From Paraphysomonas bandaiensis (taxonomy: Eukaryota; Protista; Chrysophyceae): a stretch of DNA of 23,472 nt. Under the pieces are notes generated by a model. It worked only from the letters and a program-made list of their open reading frames with translations. It was not told the origin of the DNA and did no database searches. The translations under genes and the position numbers were made by a program. Shown piece by piece: positions 22,801 to 23,472 of the stretch; positions within the stretch are counted from its first letter, which is position 1; each line of letters starts with the position of its first letter. The stretch covers positions 1 to 23,472 of the forward strand of contig CBFFRP010000189.1 in the NCBI GenBank assembly GCA_965644295.1, read 5' to 3'.

Positions 22801-23153
22801 AAGTAATAAAGTCGAATTTAACGGCACTAGCATCATCGAGAGTTGGTCTGAGCACATTTTTGAAAGTGACCCTTCAGGAGCTTCCCCGATTGCATGAGAG
22901 TATTGAGGCAGATCTAGGTAGCTTATTTGCCTTCATGGACCCAGCAGGCGCTGGCACCATTAGTATTAAGGACTTGCGTCATCTATTGGTGGATACTCTA
23001 TCATCAACCAGACTTGACGGTGATGAGTTTACTGATGTTCTGGAAGCAGCTGGAATAGATATCAAGGGCGTCCAACGTGAACGAGATCACGTACTGAATT
23101 ATGAAAATTTTATTGACAATTTACTGATTGGGCGGAGATGGAAAGAAGTTTAA
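19875..23153 (+). CDS. 1092-aa protein: N-terminal Pro-rich decamer repeat array, disordered Ser/acidic linker, C-terminal calmodulin/centrin-like degenerate EF-hands; intronless
   Basis: Single uninterrupted ORF. EF-hand-like segments [29 protein letters not shown] (loop at ~22599) and [22 protein letters not shown] (loop at ~22938), ending [11 protein letters not shown]. Repeat units vary mostly at codon third positions, which supports coding on the + strand. Confidence 0.85.
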   Translation: MTDRSPVPPGARPPPPGPPGPPPTSRPAPPVPPGAKPGPPGPPGPPPGTKPGPPVPPGSKPGPPGPPPGTKPGPPVPPGDKPRPPVPPGAKPGPPGPPGPPPGTKPGPPVPPGDKPSPPMPPGTKPGPPGPPVPPGDKLSPPVPPGSKPGPPVPPGDKPSPPVPPGSKPGPPVPPGDKPSPPIPPGSKPGPPVPPGDKPSPPVPPGSKPSPPVPPGTKPEPPVPPGDKPSPPVHSGAKPSPPGPPGSNPSPPAPPGSKPGPPVPPGDKPSPPVPPGSKPSPPVPPGDKPSPPVPPGTKPGPPVPPGDKPSPPVPPGSKPSPPVPPGDKPSPPVPPGSKPGPPVPPGDKPSPPVPPGSKPSPPVPPGDKPSPPVPPGSKPSPPVPPGDKPSPPVPPGDKPSPPVPPGSKPSPPVPPGSKPSPPVPPGDKPSPPVPPGDKPSPPVPPGSKPSPPVPPGDKPSPPVPPGSKPSPPVPPGSKPSPSVPPGDKPIPPVPPGSKPSPPVPPGSSVPVGTNSRPIDPPSGVTSSSSSSDTTNPSVGKVRKWPPGDNSGQSSGPGTSSTISSSTRRKWPPEPISGKEDTSSVSNLPSAIQSGSTQGTSKPPEPKEPPPQKSSHISGGSSSSKLEGRVQPQRVAQQTDSDDWSQSSEEDTGDGSMMGTGAVVSGTELTGSKPDTLSIPLDNAMETTNPNEVSNTSSLSSGPHKESNVELEGIEEEKEHNESAAVTSGLDENTLQEECSEGETRSAQTHDSVSNVFTNDDLPPTHSREDAPDISQVQHVEPSRPSKDVGSVVSDDVSRSSSKLSRSQSMFPAPTRTPKKELKRHLSLTNIPPQMSSRFTDTSSGGFFSKGMITSGVLKRPKDPSAESVSTLLQQKESGSTDHRNKEGKTGLPADELSFYQLKGIFALYDEDKDGYITKAQLIKCLQLLGFQIREKLLLKYLNPPPEVSERATSESPSKSPRGRKGTSSPSKSRKSEVIKSNLTALASSRVGLSTFLKVTLQELPRLHESIEADLGSLFAFMDPAGAGTISIKDLRHLLVDTLSSTRLDGDEFTDVLEAAGIDIKGVQRERDHVLNYENFIDNLLIGRRWKEV
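19890..21393 (+). repeat. Coding minisatellite with a 30-bp unit encoding PPVPPG[D/S/T]KP[S/G], roughly 45-50 units
   Basis: Recurring units such as cctccagtacctcctggttcgaagcctagt and ccacctgtacctccaggagataagcctagt; the more N-terminal units include PGPPGPP variants. Confidence 0.95.
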
Positions 23154-23472
23154 TTGTATTATTCAAATGGGTATATTTCCACAAATGTGTACTTGCTGTA
23201 GTTAGATTTTTGTTTTAACAGTAGTCAATGTAAAAAGTATGCTCCATCTGTGAAATAATGGGTCTAATCCATACTACACACAATCACCGAACAACAAGCA
23301 GTCTCATGTTACATATTGTGGAGATTGTTGTCGACGCTGGAAAAGAAAGATATTATAATGAAAGAAGAGATACGGAACTGTGTCTACAAGTACATCCATG
23401 CAAGTTGAGATGATTAGATAGTTTAGAAAATTCTATTATGAACACTGACTCCCTGGGTTTTAAGATCCGGGA

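Noticed and set aside
1-23472. Non-standard genetic code, frameshifts or pseudogenes to explain the fragmented ORFs
   Set aside because: All breaks are resolved by short canonical GT-AG introns, and TAA, TAG and TGA all serve as terminal stops.

Overview
This is compact, gene-dense eukaryotic DNA, probably from a unicellular protist (a stramenopile is plausible but not established). It uses the standard genetic code and many short GT-AG introns; I modelled 36 by hand, 44-135 nt long and mostly about 50 nt. Nine protein-coding genes splice into open frames: an RCC1-repeat protein (-), a Vps39/TGFBRAP1-like CNH+CHCR protein (+), a 114-aa single-TM coiled-coil protein (+), an IPNS-family 2OG-Fe(II) oxygenase (-), an intronless CDA-fold nucleobase/nucleoside deaminase (+), a kinesin-7/CENP-E-like motor (-), an allantoicase ending in PTS1 SRL (+), the RNA Pol I/III subunit AC19 (-), and an intronless 1092-aa protein with about 50 Pro-rich decamer repeats and degenerate EF-hands (+). 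Eight genes form four head-to-head pairs whose spacers are rich in alternating purine/pyrimidine motifs. In the oxygenase/deaminase pair the spacer is almost entirely a ~1.05-kb (TATG)n microsatellite. The best candidate for an undescribed system is a possible eukaryotic purine/nucleobase catabolism cluster (deaminase + 2OG oxygenase + peroxisomal allantoicase); this is an inference that needs testing. Exon models come from sequence only, without RNA evidence.
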